From: an uncultured Gemmatimonadales bacterium | GTDB lineage: Bacteria; Gemmatimonadota; Gemmatimonadetes; Longimicrobiales; RSA9 | NCBI GenBank assembly: GCA_963816355.1 | Contig: CAWFKH010000001.1 | Coordinates: 224,001 to 288,000 of the forward strand | Direction of reading: 5' to 3' | DNA length: 64,000 nt | In this document: one piece after another, positions 56,289-64,000 of the stretch | How the letters are laid out: every line of letters begins with the position of its first letter | Position numbering within the stretch: the first letter of the stretch is position 1 | The notes under the pieces: model-generated | Databases searched by the model: none | The model's input: the letters and a program-made list of their open reading frames with translations, nothing else | Told to the model about the DNA's origin: nothing | Translations under genes and position numbers: made by a program

Positions 56289-57932
56289 ATGGCCCTGACA
56301 CCGAGCCATTCCGCAGGGTCCGCGCAGCGGCAGATAGCAAGTCTCGTGCTCACCGGCGGACGCGTGTGGACGGGGGTGCCGCAGGCGCCTTTCGCGCGCG
56401 CCGTCGCCGTCCTCGGCGGCCGCATCGCCTGCGTGGGCGGCGACGCGGAAGTGCAGCCGTACGTCGGCCCCGGCACGCGCGTCGTGCCGCTCGCGGGACG
56501 CCTGCTGATCCCCGGCTTCTTCGACAGCCACACGCATTTCGTGGATGGCGGCTTCCAGCTCGGCAGGGTCGATCTGCGGGACGTCGACTCCCCCCAGGCG
56601 CTCGCCCGCCGGCTCGCGGAGCGCGCCGCGCGCGTCGCTCCCGGCGAGTGGATCCTCGGCAGCGGCTGGGACGAGCAGCGGTGGGAGGGTGCTGCGCTTC
56701 CGCACCATGCGTTGCTCGATTCCGTTACACCGCGGAATCCGGCTTTCGTTACACGTCTCGACCTGCACATGGGCGTTGCCAACCGCGCGGCGCTCGAGCT
56801 GGCGGGCATCGGCCGTGAGACCGCCGATCCGGAGGGCGGTCGCATCGTCCGCGACGCCGCCACCGGCGAGGCGACCGGGGTGCTGAAGGACGAGGCGATG
56901 GGGCTGGTCTGGCGCGTCGTCCCGGAGCCGGATGCGGACGCGTACGACGCGGCGCTGCGGCGCGCGCAGGCGCACGCGCTCTCGCTCGGCGTGACCCACG
57001 TCACCAACATGGGGACGTGGACCCACCTCGACGCGTTCCGGCGCGCCCGCGCCGAGGGGCTGCTGGGGGTGCGCGCGCGGGCGTTCGTCCAGATCGCGGA
57101 TCACGAGCGGCTGGGAGCCTTCGTCGCGGAGCACGGGCGCGGCGACGCGCGGCTCGGCTGGGGCGGCGTGAAGGCGTTCGTCGACGGCTCGCTCGGGTCC
57201 CGCACCGCGTGGTTCCGCGAGACGTACAGCGACGCGCCGACGGAGCGCGGCCTGCAGGTGACGGATCTGGAGGCGCTGCAAGCGCGCATCGTCTCGGCCG
57301 ACGCGGCGCACCTCCAGGTCGCGGCGCACGCGATCGGCGACGCTGCGAACGATTGGATCCTGGACGCATTCGCCGCCGCGGCCCGCGAGAACGGCGCGCG
57401 CGATCGTCGATTCCGCGTGGAGCACGCCCAGCACCTGGGCGAGGAGGCCGTCTCGCGCTTCGCCGCGCAGGGCGTGCTCGCGTCGATGCAGCCGTACCAC
57501 GCGAGCGAGGATGGATGCTGGGCGGAGCGGCGCATCGGCGCGGCCCGCGCCGGCGGGTGCTACCGTTTCCGCTCGCTGCTGGACTCCGGCGCGAGGCTGC
57601 TCTTCGGAAGCGACTGGACGGTCGCGCCGCTCGATCCCATCGCGGGAATCCACGCCGCCGTGACGCGGCGCACGCTCGACGGCGCCCATCCGGACGGGTG
57701 GGTGCCCGCGGAGAGGATCTCGCTCGACGAGGCGCTCCGCGCCTACACCGCCGACGCCGCCTACGGCGCGTTCGCCGAGGACGTGCTGGGGACGATCGAA
57801 CGGGGCAAGCTCGCGGACCTGGTGGTGCTGTCGACCGACCCGTTCATGTTCGAGGCGGCGCGCATCCGCGAAGTCCGTGTGGATGCGACGATCGTCGACG
57901 GCGACGTCGTATTCGAGCGCTCGAAGGAGTGA
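56289..57932 (+). CDS. amidohydrolase 3 family protein (YtcJ-like)
   Basis: PGFFDSHTH, KAFVDGSLGSRTA, HAIGD, RVEHAQ, FGSDW, GKLADLVVL. Confidence 0.93.
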   Translation: MALTPSHSAGSAQRQIASLVLTGGRVWTGVPQAPFARAVAVLGGRIACVGGDAEVQPYVGPGTRVVPLAGRLLIPGFFDSHTHFVDGGFQLGRVDLRDVDSPQALARRLAERAARVAPGEWILGSGWDEQRWEGAALPHHALLDSVTPRNPAFVTRLDLHMGVANRAALELAGIGRETADPEGGRIVRDAATGEATGVLKDEAMGLVWRVVPEPDADAYDAALRRAQAHALSLGVTHVTNMGTWTHLDAFRRARAEGLLGVRARAFVQIADHERLGAFVAEHGRGDARLGWGGVKAFVDGSLGSRTAWFRETYSDAPTERGLQVTDLEALQARIVSADAAHLQVAAHAIGDAANDWILDAFAAAARENGARDRRFRVEHAQHLGEEAVSRFAAQGVLASMQPYHASEDGCWAERRIGAARAGGCYRFRSLLDSGARLLFGSDWTVAPLDPIAGIHAAVTRRTLDGAHPDGWVPAERISLDEALRAYTADAAYGAFAEDVLGTIERGKLADLVVLSTDPFMFEAARIREVRVDATIVDGDVVFERSKE

Positions 57933-57962
57933 GACGCGAGGAGACGCGCGGACTCGGCGCGG

Positions 57963-58757
57963 CTAGACGGCGGCGCGCAGCACGCGCCCGAAGCGACGCT
58001 CACGCCCGTGGAAGAACGCCACGGCTTCCGCCAGCTCGGCGCCTCCGAAGTCCGGCCACATGCAGTCGGTGAAGAAGAGCTCCGCGTAGGCGCACTCCCA
58101 GAGCAGAAAATCGCTCAGCCGCTGCTCGCCGCCGCTGCGGACCAGCAGATCGACGTCCGGCAAAGGCGCGCGGCTGCCGAGCGCCTCCGCCATCGCCCTC
58201 GCGAACGCCGCCTGACCCGCGCACTCGTCTCCGGACGCCGGGAAAGGCTCCGTGCCGGCGGCCATTGCGCGTGCCGCGGCGGCGATCGCGCCGCGGGCGG
58301 AGTAATCGATCGCGACCCGGAGGTCGAGCCGCTGGCCGCCGGCCGTGGCTGCCTCAGCGGTTCGGATGGCGGCGAGGAGGGCCCCCGGCAGCCGGTCGCG
58401 ACGCCCGATGACGCTGAGCCGCACGCCGTTCTCGCGCAGCGCCTCCGTCTCCGAGCGGAGGTAGCGGCGGAAAAGCCGCAGAAGCGTCCGCACCTCCATC
58501 CGCGGCCGCTCCCAGTTGTCCGACGAGAAGGCGTAGAGGGTGAGGTCGGTGATGCCGAGGCCGGGAGCGGCCTCGACCACGCGCCGCACCGCCTCCGCGC
58601 CGCGCTGGTGTCCGGCGGTACGCCGCAGCCCCCGCGCCTGCGCCCAGCGGCCGTTGCCGTCCATGATCACGCCGACGTGCAGTCGACCGGCCGACCGTAC
58701 CGCCGCGGGGACCCGCGCCCCCGCCGCGCCGGGACCGATCTCTTCCGGGCCCGCCAT
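57963..58757 (-). CDS. uppS: cis-prenyltransferase (undecaprenyl diphosphate synthase family)
   Basis: [46 protein letters not shown]. Confidence 0.88.
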   Translation of the reverse strand: MAGPEEIGPGAAGARVPAAVRSAGRLHVGVIMDGNGRWAQARGLRRTAGHQRGAEAVRRVVEAAPGLGITDLTLYAFSSDNWERPRMEVRTLLRLFRRYLRSETEALRENGVRLSVIGRRDRLPGALLAAIRTAEAATAGGQRLDLRVAIDYSARGAIAAAARAMAAGTEPFPASGDECAGQAAFARAMAEALGSRAPLPDVDLLVRSGGEQRLSDFLLWECAYAELFFTDCMWPDFGGAELAEAVAFFHGRERRFGRVLRAAV

Positions 58758-59143
58758 CACACCTCCCGTACGGCGCGGATCAGCGCCTCCATGTGATCCA
58801 GGTACTGCTCCAGCGCTTCCTGGCCCGCTCGCTCGATCCGGTAGTCCGTACGCGGAAAGCGGCCCTGGAACGACTTGTCGCACCGGATGTAGCCCGCCTC
58901 CTCCAGCTTGCGCGCGTGAACGCTCAGATTGCCGTCGCTCACCGACAGCAGCGCCTTCAGATCGTTGAAGCTCAGACTCTCGTTGACCGCGAGCGCGCTG
59001 ATGATGGCCAGCCGCACCCGCTCGTGGATCAGTCGGTCGAGCTCCGTCGATGCCCCCAGCGCCTCCTGCTCCGGGGACTGCGCGGCGGCCCCACCTTCCT
59101 CCACTGCCCGCTTCCGCCGTGCCGTCGCAGACCGCCTAGCCAC
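58757..59143 (-). CDS. winged-helix transcriptional regulator (HTH_34/MarR-like)
   Basis: [40 protein letters not shown]. Confidence 0.9.
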   Translation of the reverse strand: MARRSATARRKRAVEEGGAAAQSPEQEALGASTELDRLIHERVRLAIISALAVNESLSFNDLKALLSVSDGNLSVHARKLEEAGYIRCDKSFQGRFPRTDYRIERAGQEALEQYLDHMEALIRAVREV

Positions 59144-59771
59144 CGTGCCTCCTCGCGATCAGGATTCCGAAGAAGATGTGCAGCGCGCCGAAACCCACCG
59201 CCATCACCGCATCCCTCGGCAGCGACGGAAAGCCGAGCGCCACCGCGCCCGCACCCATCAACGAAAGCCCCAGAAGCGGCACCGTCCGCACCGAAAACGC
59301 GCCTCCCGTCACCACGCCGGTCCCGTACAGCAGCAGCCAGGCCCCCGGCAGCCGATCCACCAGGCCCGCGCCGAAGAGAACCGGCGTCAGCAGCGCACCC
59401 GCCAGCAGCGGCGGCGCGAAGCTCAGCAGGAACCGCCGCGTCGGCTGCGTCGTCAGCGGCGTGCCCGCCGCCGCCGCCTTCCGCCGCGCCGCCGTCAGGA
59501 CCACCACCACCGCCACCGCCGCCGCGACCAGCCACACCCCCAGCCACCGCAGCGACGTCGGCTGCAGTGCCGCCACCGCCGCCGCCCCCAGCGCCGCAAG
59601 CCCCGTCACCGCGATCCCCCACCCCGGCACGGCCGTGAACGAACCCGCGCGCTCCATCGTCTCGCGGATGAAGCGCAGATTGTCCATCGCACGGTCGTGC
59701 AGCGAGAGTGGCTCCCGCCCCGCGGCCTCGTCGTGGCGCGGTCGTGACCGCGCGTCAGCGGTGCTGTGCAT
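59136..59771 (-). CDS. hypothetical multi-pass membrane protein
   Basis: AMDNLRFIRETMERAGSFTAVPG followed by about 6 hydrophobic segments; ends GFGALHIFFG. Confidence 0.85.
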   Translation of the reverse strand: MHSTADARSRPRHDEAAGREPLSLHDRAMDNLRFIRETMERAGSFTAVPGWGIAVTGLAALGAAAVAALQPTSLRWLGVWLVAAAVAVVVVLTAARRKAAAAGTPLTTQPTRRFLLSFAPPLLAGALLTPVLFGAGLVDRLPGAWLLLYGTGVVTGGAFSVRTVPLLGLSLMGAGAVALGFPSLPRDAVMAVGFGALHIFFGILIARRHGG

Positions 59772-59778
59772 GGGTGGG

Positions 59779-59825
59779 ATGTTAGGGGGGTCTCCTCGTT
59801 TCGTCAAGCTCTTTGCCCCAAAAAG
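59779..59825 (-). promoter_or_regulatory. sigma70 promoter (leaderless) with adjacent CTTT-N7-AAAG candidate operator
   Basis: TTGACG-17-TAACAT-7 bp-ATG; inverted repeat at 59811-59825 just upstream of the -35. Confidence 0.7.
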
Positions 59826-59845
59826 TGGAAGACGTCGGCGCACGC

Positions 59846-61132
59846 TCAGCGCTCGACGACCATGGCGAAGCCGAGGGCGCCGGCGGCGCAGACGGTGATG
59901 AGGCCGAGGTCGAGGCCGCGGCGGTTCATCTCGTTGAGGAGGGTGAGGGTGATGCGGCCGCCGGTGGCGCCGAAGGGGTGGCCGAGGGCGATGCTGCCGC
60001 CCATGACGTTGATGCGGTCCTCGTCGATGAGGCCGATGCGGCGCGATCGGCCGATGGAGCGGGCGAACTCGTCGGAGTCGAGCCACTGGAAGTTGGAGAG
60101 GACCTGAGCGGCGAACGCCTCGTGGAGCTCCCAGAGCTGGATGTCCTGCATGGAGAGGCCGGCGCGGTCGAGGGCGCGGGGCGCGGCGTAGGCGGGGCCC
60201 TGGAGGAGCTGATCGCGGGGCGAGAGGGCGGCGTAGGCCCAGCTCCGGATGAAGCCGAGGGGTTGAAGGCCGAGAGAGCGGGCCTTCTCCTCGCTGGCGA
60301 GGACGAGGGCGGAAGCCCCGTCCGTGAGGCCGGAGGAGTTGCCGGCGGTCACGGTGCCGTATCGCCGGTCGAAGACGGGTTTGAGGGCGGCGAGCTTCTC
60401 GAGGCTGGTGTCTTCGCGGATGCCGTTGTCGCGGGTGACGATGGTGTCGTAGTCGGGAGGCACGAAGACGGGCACGATTTCGGCGAGGAGGCGGCCGTCG
60501 CGGGTGCCTTCGGCGGCGAGCTGGTGGGAGCGCAGGGCCCAGCGGTCCTGGGCTTCGCGGGAGATGTGGTTCTCCTTGGCCATGCGCTCGGCGCTCTCGC
60601 CCATGGTCTCGCCGGTGGTCGGCTCGGCGATGGCGGGGGTGAGCGGGACCAGCTCCGAGGGGCGGAAGCCGGCGAAGGCACGGAGGCGCTGCGCGGCGGT
60701 GCGAGCGCGGGAGGCGGCGAGGAGGCGGTCGCGCAGCTTGCGACCGACGAGGATCGGGATGTCGGAGAGGGACTCTGCGCCACCGGCGACGACGAGGTCG
60801 GCCTGGCCGGCGATGATCTGCTCGGCGCCGGAAGTGATGGCCTGATTGGAGGAGGCGCAGGCGCGCGAGACGGTGAAGGAGGGGATGGAGGGTGGGAGTC
60901 CGGCGCCGAGGCTGACCTCGCGTGCGATGTTGGGGGCGGTGACGGCGTGGACGACGGTCCCGTAGATGAGCTGGTCGATCTCCTCGGGGCGGATGCCGGC
61001 GCGGTTGACGACCTCGCGCACGGCGACGATTCCGAGGTCGATGGCGGACATCTCCTTGAACAGGGTTCCCGCTCTGGCGAACGGGGTGCGGCACCCTGCG
61101 ACGATGGCGACGCGCGGTGCGTCCCGTGCCAT
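59846..61132 (-). CDS. fadI: acetyl-CoA C-acyltransferase (thiolase, FadI type)
   Basis: VSRACASS, HEAFAAQ, GHPFGATG, CAAG. Confidence 0.85.
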   Translation of the reverse strand: MARDAPRVAIVAGCRTPFARAGTLFKEMSAIDLGIVAVREVVNRAGIRPEEIDQLIYGTVVHAVTAPNIAREVSLGAGLPPSIPSFTVSRACASSNQAITSGAEQIIAGQADLVVAGGAESLSDIPILVGRKLRDRLLAASRARTAAQRLRAFAGFRPSELVPLTPAIAEPTTGETMGESAERMAKENHISREAQDRWALRSHQLAAEGTRDGRLLAEIVPVFVPPDYDTIVTRDNGIREDTSLEKLAALKPVFDRRYGTVTAGNSSGLTDGASALVLASEEKARSLGLQPLGFIRSWAYAALSPRDQLLQGPAYAAPRALDRAGLSMQDIQLWELHEAFAAQVLSNFQWLDSDEFARSIGRSRRIGLIDEDRINVMGGSIALGHPFGATGGRITLTLLNEMNRRGLDLGLITVCAAGALGFAMVVER

Positions 61133-61247
61133 GCCTGCCTCCGGGGTGGTGGACGGCGGTGAAAGTGCGAGCCGCTGCGGTAGGTCGCAAGCGGCTCGAG
61201 GGCGTTCGGGGGGCGGTTGCGCCGGCGCGATCGCCGGCGGCCGCCGT

Positions 61248-61724
61248 TCAGGCGTCGGAGGTCACGGCGTCGCTGCGGGAGAGTCGGCCGAGCCCCTCCT
61301 GGAGGGCGTTCCAACCGAGGAGGGCGCACTTGACGCGGACGGGGAACTTGCTGACGCCGGCGAGTGCGCGGGCGGCGCCGAGGCGCTGGTCGGCGGCGGC
61401 GGCGGCGTCGCCGTGCATCATCTCGGTGAAGCGCCTCATGATGGCGAGCGCTTCCTGGGGGGTCATGCCCTTGACGAGGTCGGTCATCATGGAGACGGAT
61501 GCCTGCGAGATGGAGCAGCCTTCACCGGCGAAGCGGACCTCGGCGATGCGTCCGCCGGCCATGCTGAACTGGAGCCGGATCTCGTCGCCGCAGGTGGGAT
61601 TGCGCATGTGCACGTCGGCGTCCGGAGATGCGATCTCGCCCTTGTTGTGCGGCTTTCTGTAGTGGCTCAGGATGACCTCCTGGAAGAGCGAGCCGATCTG
61701 GGGGGTGGCGCCGCTGTTGGCCAT
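61248..61724 (-). CDS. sufU: SUF system NifU-family protein
   Basis: NPTCGD, GCSISQAS, RVKCALL; follows sufS. Confidence 0.92.
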   Translation of the reverse strand: MANSGATPQIGSLFQEVILSHYRKPHNKGEIASPDADVHMRNPTCGDEIRLQFSMAGGRIAEVRFAGEGCSISQASVSMMTDLVKGMTPQEALAIMRRFTEMMHGDAAAAADQRLGAARALAGVSKFPVRVKCALLGWNALQEGLGRLSRSDAVTSDA

Positions 61725-61795
61725 GGCGGGATCTCCGGTTGGAGGGTCGAGGACGACGGGCACTGCGCACTGCGGGCTGTCTACAGGCTTCAATA

Positions 61796-63043
61796 TTACG
61801 TCGCGAACAGCCGTCGCGCGAGTTCCAGGCCGTCGACGAGCCGGTCGATCTCGTCGGTGGTGGAGTATACGAAGCAGGAGGCGCGGGCGGTGGCCGGCAC
61901 GCCGAGACGTCGCATGAGCGGCTGCGTGCAATGGTGGCCCGCGCGGATCGCGACGCCGACGGAATCGAGCACGGTGGCGAGGTCGTGCGGGTGGACTCCG
62001 TCGAGGGCGAAGGAGAAGACGGCGGTGCGCTCGGCGGCATCGCGGGGACCGAAGAGCCGCACGCCGTCGGTCTGCGTGAGGCGTTCGAGTCCGTGGCGGA
62101 CGAGCGCGGCCTCGTGCTCGCGTGCGGCGGGCCCGAGCGCATCGAGGAAGCGAATGGCAGCGGCCATGCCGACGGCGCCCGCGACGTTCGGCGTCCCCGC
62201 CTCGAACTTGTGCGGGATCGCGGCCCAGGTGGAGTGCTCGATGTCGACGTGATCGATCATCTCGCCGCCGCCCTGGTACGGCGGCATCGCCTCGAGCAGC
62301 TCCCGTCTCGCCCACAGCGCGCCGATTCCCATGGGGCCGCCGAGCTTGTGACCGGAGAGGGCGAAGAAGTCGCAGCCGAGCGCCTGCACGTCGAGGGGCA
62401 GGTGGGCCGCGGACTGCGCGCCGTCGATGAGCACGAGCGCCCCCGCCTCGTGGGCACGAGCGCAGATCTCGGCGACCGGGTTGAGCGTGCCGAGCGCGTT
62501 GGAGACGTGACCGACGGCGACGAGCCGTGTCCGCTCCGAGAGCAGCCGGTCGAAGTCGTCCATGCGGAGACGCCCCTCGTCGTCGATGCCGACCGCGCGG
62601 ATGCGGGCGCCGGTGCGCTCTGCCACGAGCTGCCATGGCACGAGGTTGGAGTGGTGCTCGAGCAAGGTGACGAGGATCTCGTCGCCAGGACGCAGGTTCT
62701 GCCAGCCCCACGTCATGGCGACGAGGTTGATCGCCTCCGTCGTGCCGCGCGTCCACACGATCGTCTCGGGCTCGGGCGCGTGGACGAAGGCGGCCACGGT
62801 GCGGCGTGCATCCTCGAAGCGCTCGGTCGCGCGGACCGAGAGCTCGTAGAGGCCGCGGTGCACGTTGGCGTTGTCGTGCCGGTAGAAGTTGGCGACGGCG
62901 TCGATCACCTCGCGAGGCCGCTGGGCGGTGGCGGCGCTGTCGAGATACGCGAGGGGGTGTCCGTTGGCCTCCTGCGCCAGGGCGGGGAAGGCGGCGCGGA
63001 CGGAGGCGATGTCGAAGGACGCTGCGGTCGTGGCCGTGGCCAT
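61796..63043 (-). CDS. sufS: cysteine desulfurase
   Basis: YLDSAAT, ANVHRG, EHHSN, SGHK, RAGHHC. Confidence 0.96.
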   Translation of the reverse strand: MATATTAASFDIASVRAAFPALAQEANGHPLAYLDSAATAQRPREVIDAVANFYRHDNANVHRGLYELSVRATERFEDARRTVAAFVHAPEPETIVWTRGTTEAINLVAMTWGWQNLRPGDEILVTLLEHHSNLVPWQLVAERTGARIRAVGIDDEGRLRMDDFDRLLSERTRLVAVGHVSNALGTLNPVAEICARAHEAGALVLIDGAQSAAHLPLDVQALGCDFFALSGHKLGGPMGIGALWARRELLEAMPPYQGGGEMIDHVDIEHSTWAAIPHKFEAGTPNVAGAVGMAAAIRFLDALGPAAREHEAALVRHGLERLTQTDGVRLFGPRDAAERTAVFSFALDGVHPHDLATVLDSVGVAIRAGHHCTQPLMRRLGVPATARASCFVYSTTDEIDRLVDGLELARRLFAT

Positions 63044-63059
63044 GCTGCGATCTCCCGCC

Positions 63060-63368
63060 TCAGAGCGCGACGAGGATGTCGCCGCCGTCGAGGCGCACTT
63101 CGAAGGTCTTCACGGGCCGGATCGCCGGCAGGGCGCGGGCCCGGCCGGTGGTGACGTCGAAGCGTGCCCCGTGCCAGGCGCACTCGAGGAGCGGCCCCTC
63201 CAACTTCCCCTCGGAAAGCGGGAAGTCCTTGTGCGTGCAGTTGTTGCGTACGGCGTAGAACGTTCCCTCGACGTTGGCGAGGCAGATCCGTTCGCCACCC
63301 ACCTCGAGGCCGAGCAGGCAGCCCGGCGGAACGTCGCCCGCGGAGGCGACGCGAACGAATTCGGCCAT
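63060..63368 (-). CDS. Rieske-type [2Fe-2S] ferredoxin
   Basis: CTH...CAWH motifs. Confidence 0.93.
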   Translation of the reverse strand: MAEFVRVASAGDVPPGCLLGLEVGGERICLANVEGTFYAVRNNCTHKDFPLSEGKLEGPLLECAWHGARFDVTTGRARALPAIRPVKTFEVRLDGGDILVAL

Positions 63369-64000
63369 CAAGCGATCCGCGACCCGATGATCTCCTTGAG
63401 CTCGGCCGTCACTTCCGGCAGCGGCAGCCGGTCGAGGACCTCGCCGAAGAATCCGAACACGACGAGGCGTTCCGCGGCCGTGCGCGTGAGTCCGCGCGTC
63501 ATGAGGTAGAAGATCTCCTCCTCGTCGAGCTGGCCGACGGTGGCGCCGTGCGAGCAACGCACGTCGTCGGCCTCGATCTCGAGATTCGGCAGCGAGTCGG
63601 CGCGCGCGTCCTCGGAGAGGAGCAGGTTCCGGTTCGTCTGATAGGCGTCGGTGCGCTGCGCGTTCGGGTGGACCTTGATGATGCCTCGGAAGATGCCGTG
63701 GGCGCGGTCGTAGAGGGCGCCCTTGTAGAGGAGGTCGCTGCTGGCGTTCGGCGCGACGTGGTCCTGCCGCGTGTTGTGGTCGAAGTGCTGCTCCTCGCGG
63801 CCGAAGTAGAGGCCGAGCATGTCGCTGCGCGCGCCCGGTCCCTCGAGCGAGGCCGCCATGTCGACCCGGGCGACCGAGGCGCCGAGGTTCACGACGAGCG
63901 TGTCGAGCGAGGCGTCGCGGCCGGCGATCGTGCGCTGCATGGACACGTGGCGGACGCCGCGACCCCAGCGCTGGATCGCGACGTGCTGCACCTGAGCGCC
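63368..64000 (-). CDS. sufD: Fe-S cluster assembly protein SufD (C-terminal part, truncated by window end)
   Basis: SDLLYKGAL, TDAYQTNRNLLLS, PNLEIEADDVRCSHGATVG, FYLMTRG. Confidence 0.9.
   Translation of the reverse strand, partial: GAQVQHVAIQRWGRGVRHVSMQRTIAGRDASLDTLVVNLGASVARVDMAASLEGPGARSDMLGLYFGREEQHFDHNTRQDHVAPNASSDLLYKGALYDRAHGIFRGIIKVHPNAQRTDAYQTNRNLLLSEDARADSLPNLEIEADDVRCSHGATVGQLDEEEIFYLMTRGLTRTAAERLVVFGFFGEVLDRLPLPEVTAELKEIIGSRIA

Overview
Very GC-rich bacterial chromosome segment covering the replication-origin region. Gene content and style suggest Gemmatimonadota (inference, not verified). The origin region has dnaN-dnaA with an intergenic oriC (tandem DnaA boxes, GC spacer, DnaA-trios), rpmH-rnpA-yidD-yidC, two parS sites and parA-parB-M23-bactofilin, plus a second DnaA-box/IHF-like cluster about 10 kb from oriC. 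Other housekeeping content includes a lipA-pdhABC-lpdA cluster, a GyrA/ParC paralog lacking the GyrA-box, pfkA and the 3' part of a suf operon. Two UGA-readthrough selenoprotein genes are missed by the ORF track: Sec-type selD, and a CxxU SelW/Rdx gene coupled to pfkA. The most notable system is a promoter-defined five-gene candidate sphingolipid operon (46781-51894, minus strand): CerR-like reductase, serine palmitoyltransferase, CerS-like GNAT, an Aur1/IPC-synthase-like PAP2 membrane enzyme and a CPBP membrane protein. Also seen are a membrane protein-wHTH-uppS module, apparent leaderless promoters, recurrent CTG starts and a frameshifted PPIase lipoprotein. I found no rRNA, tRNA, CRISPR array or mobile element. 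All product calls come from motif recognition by eye, not database searches.
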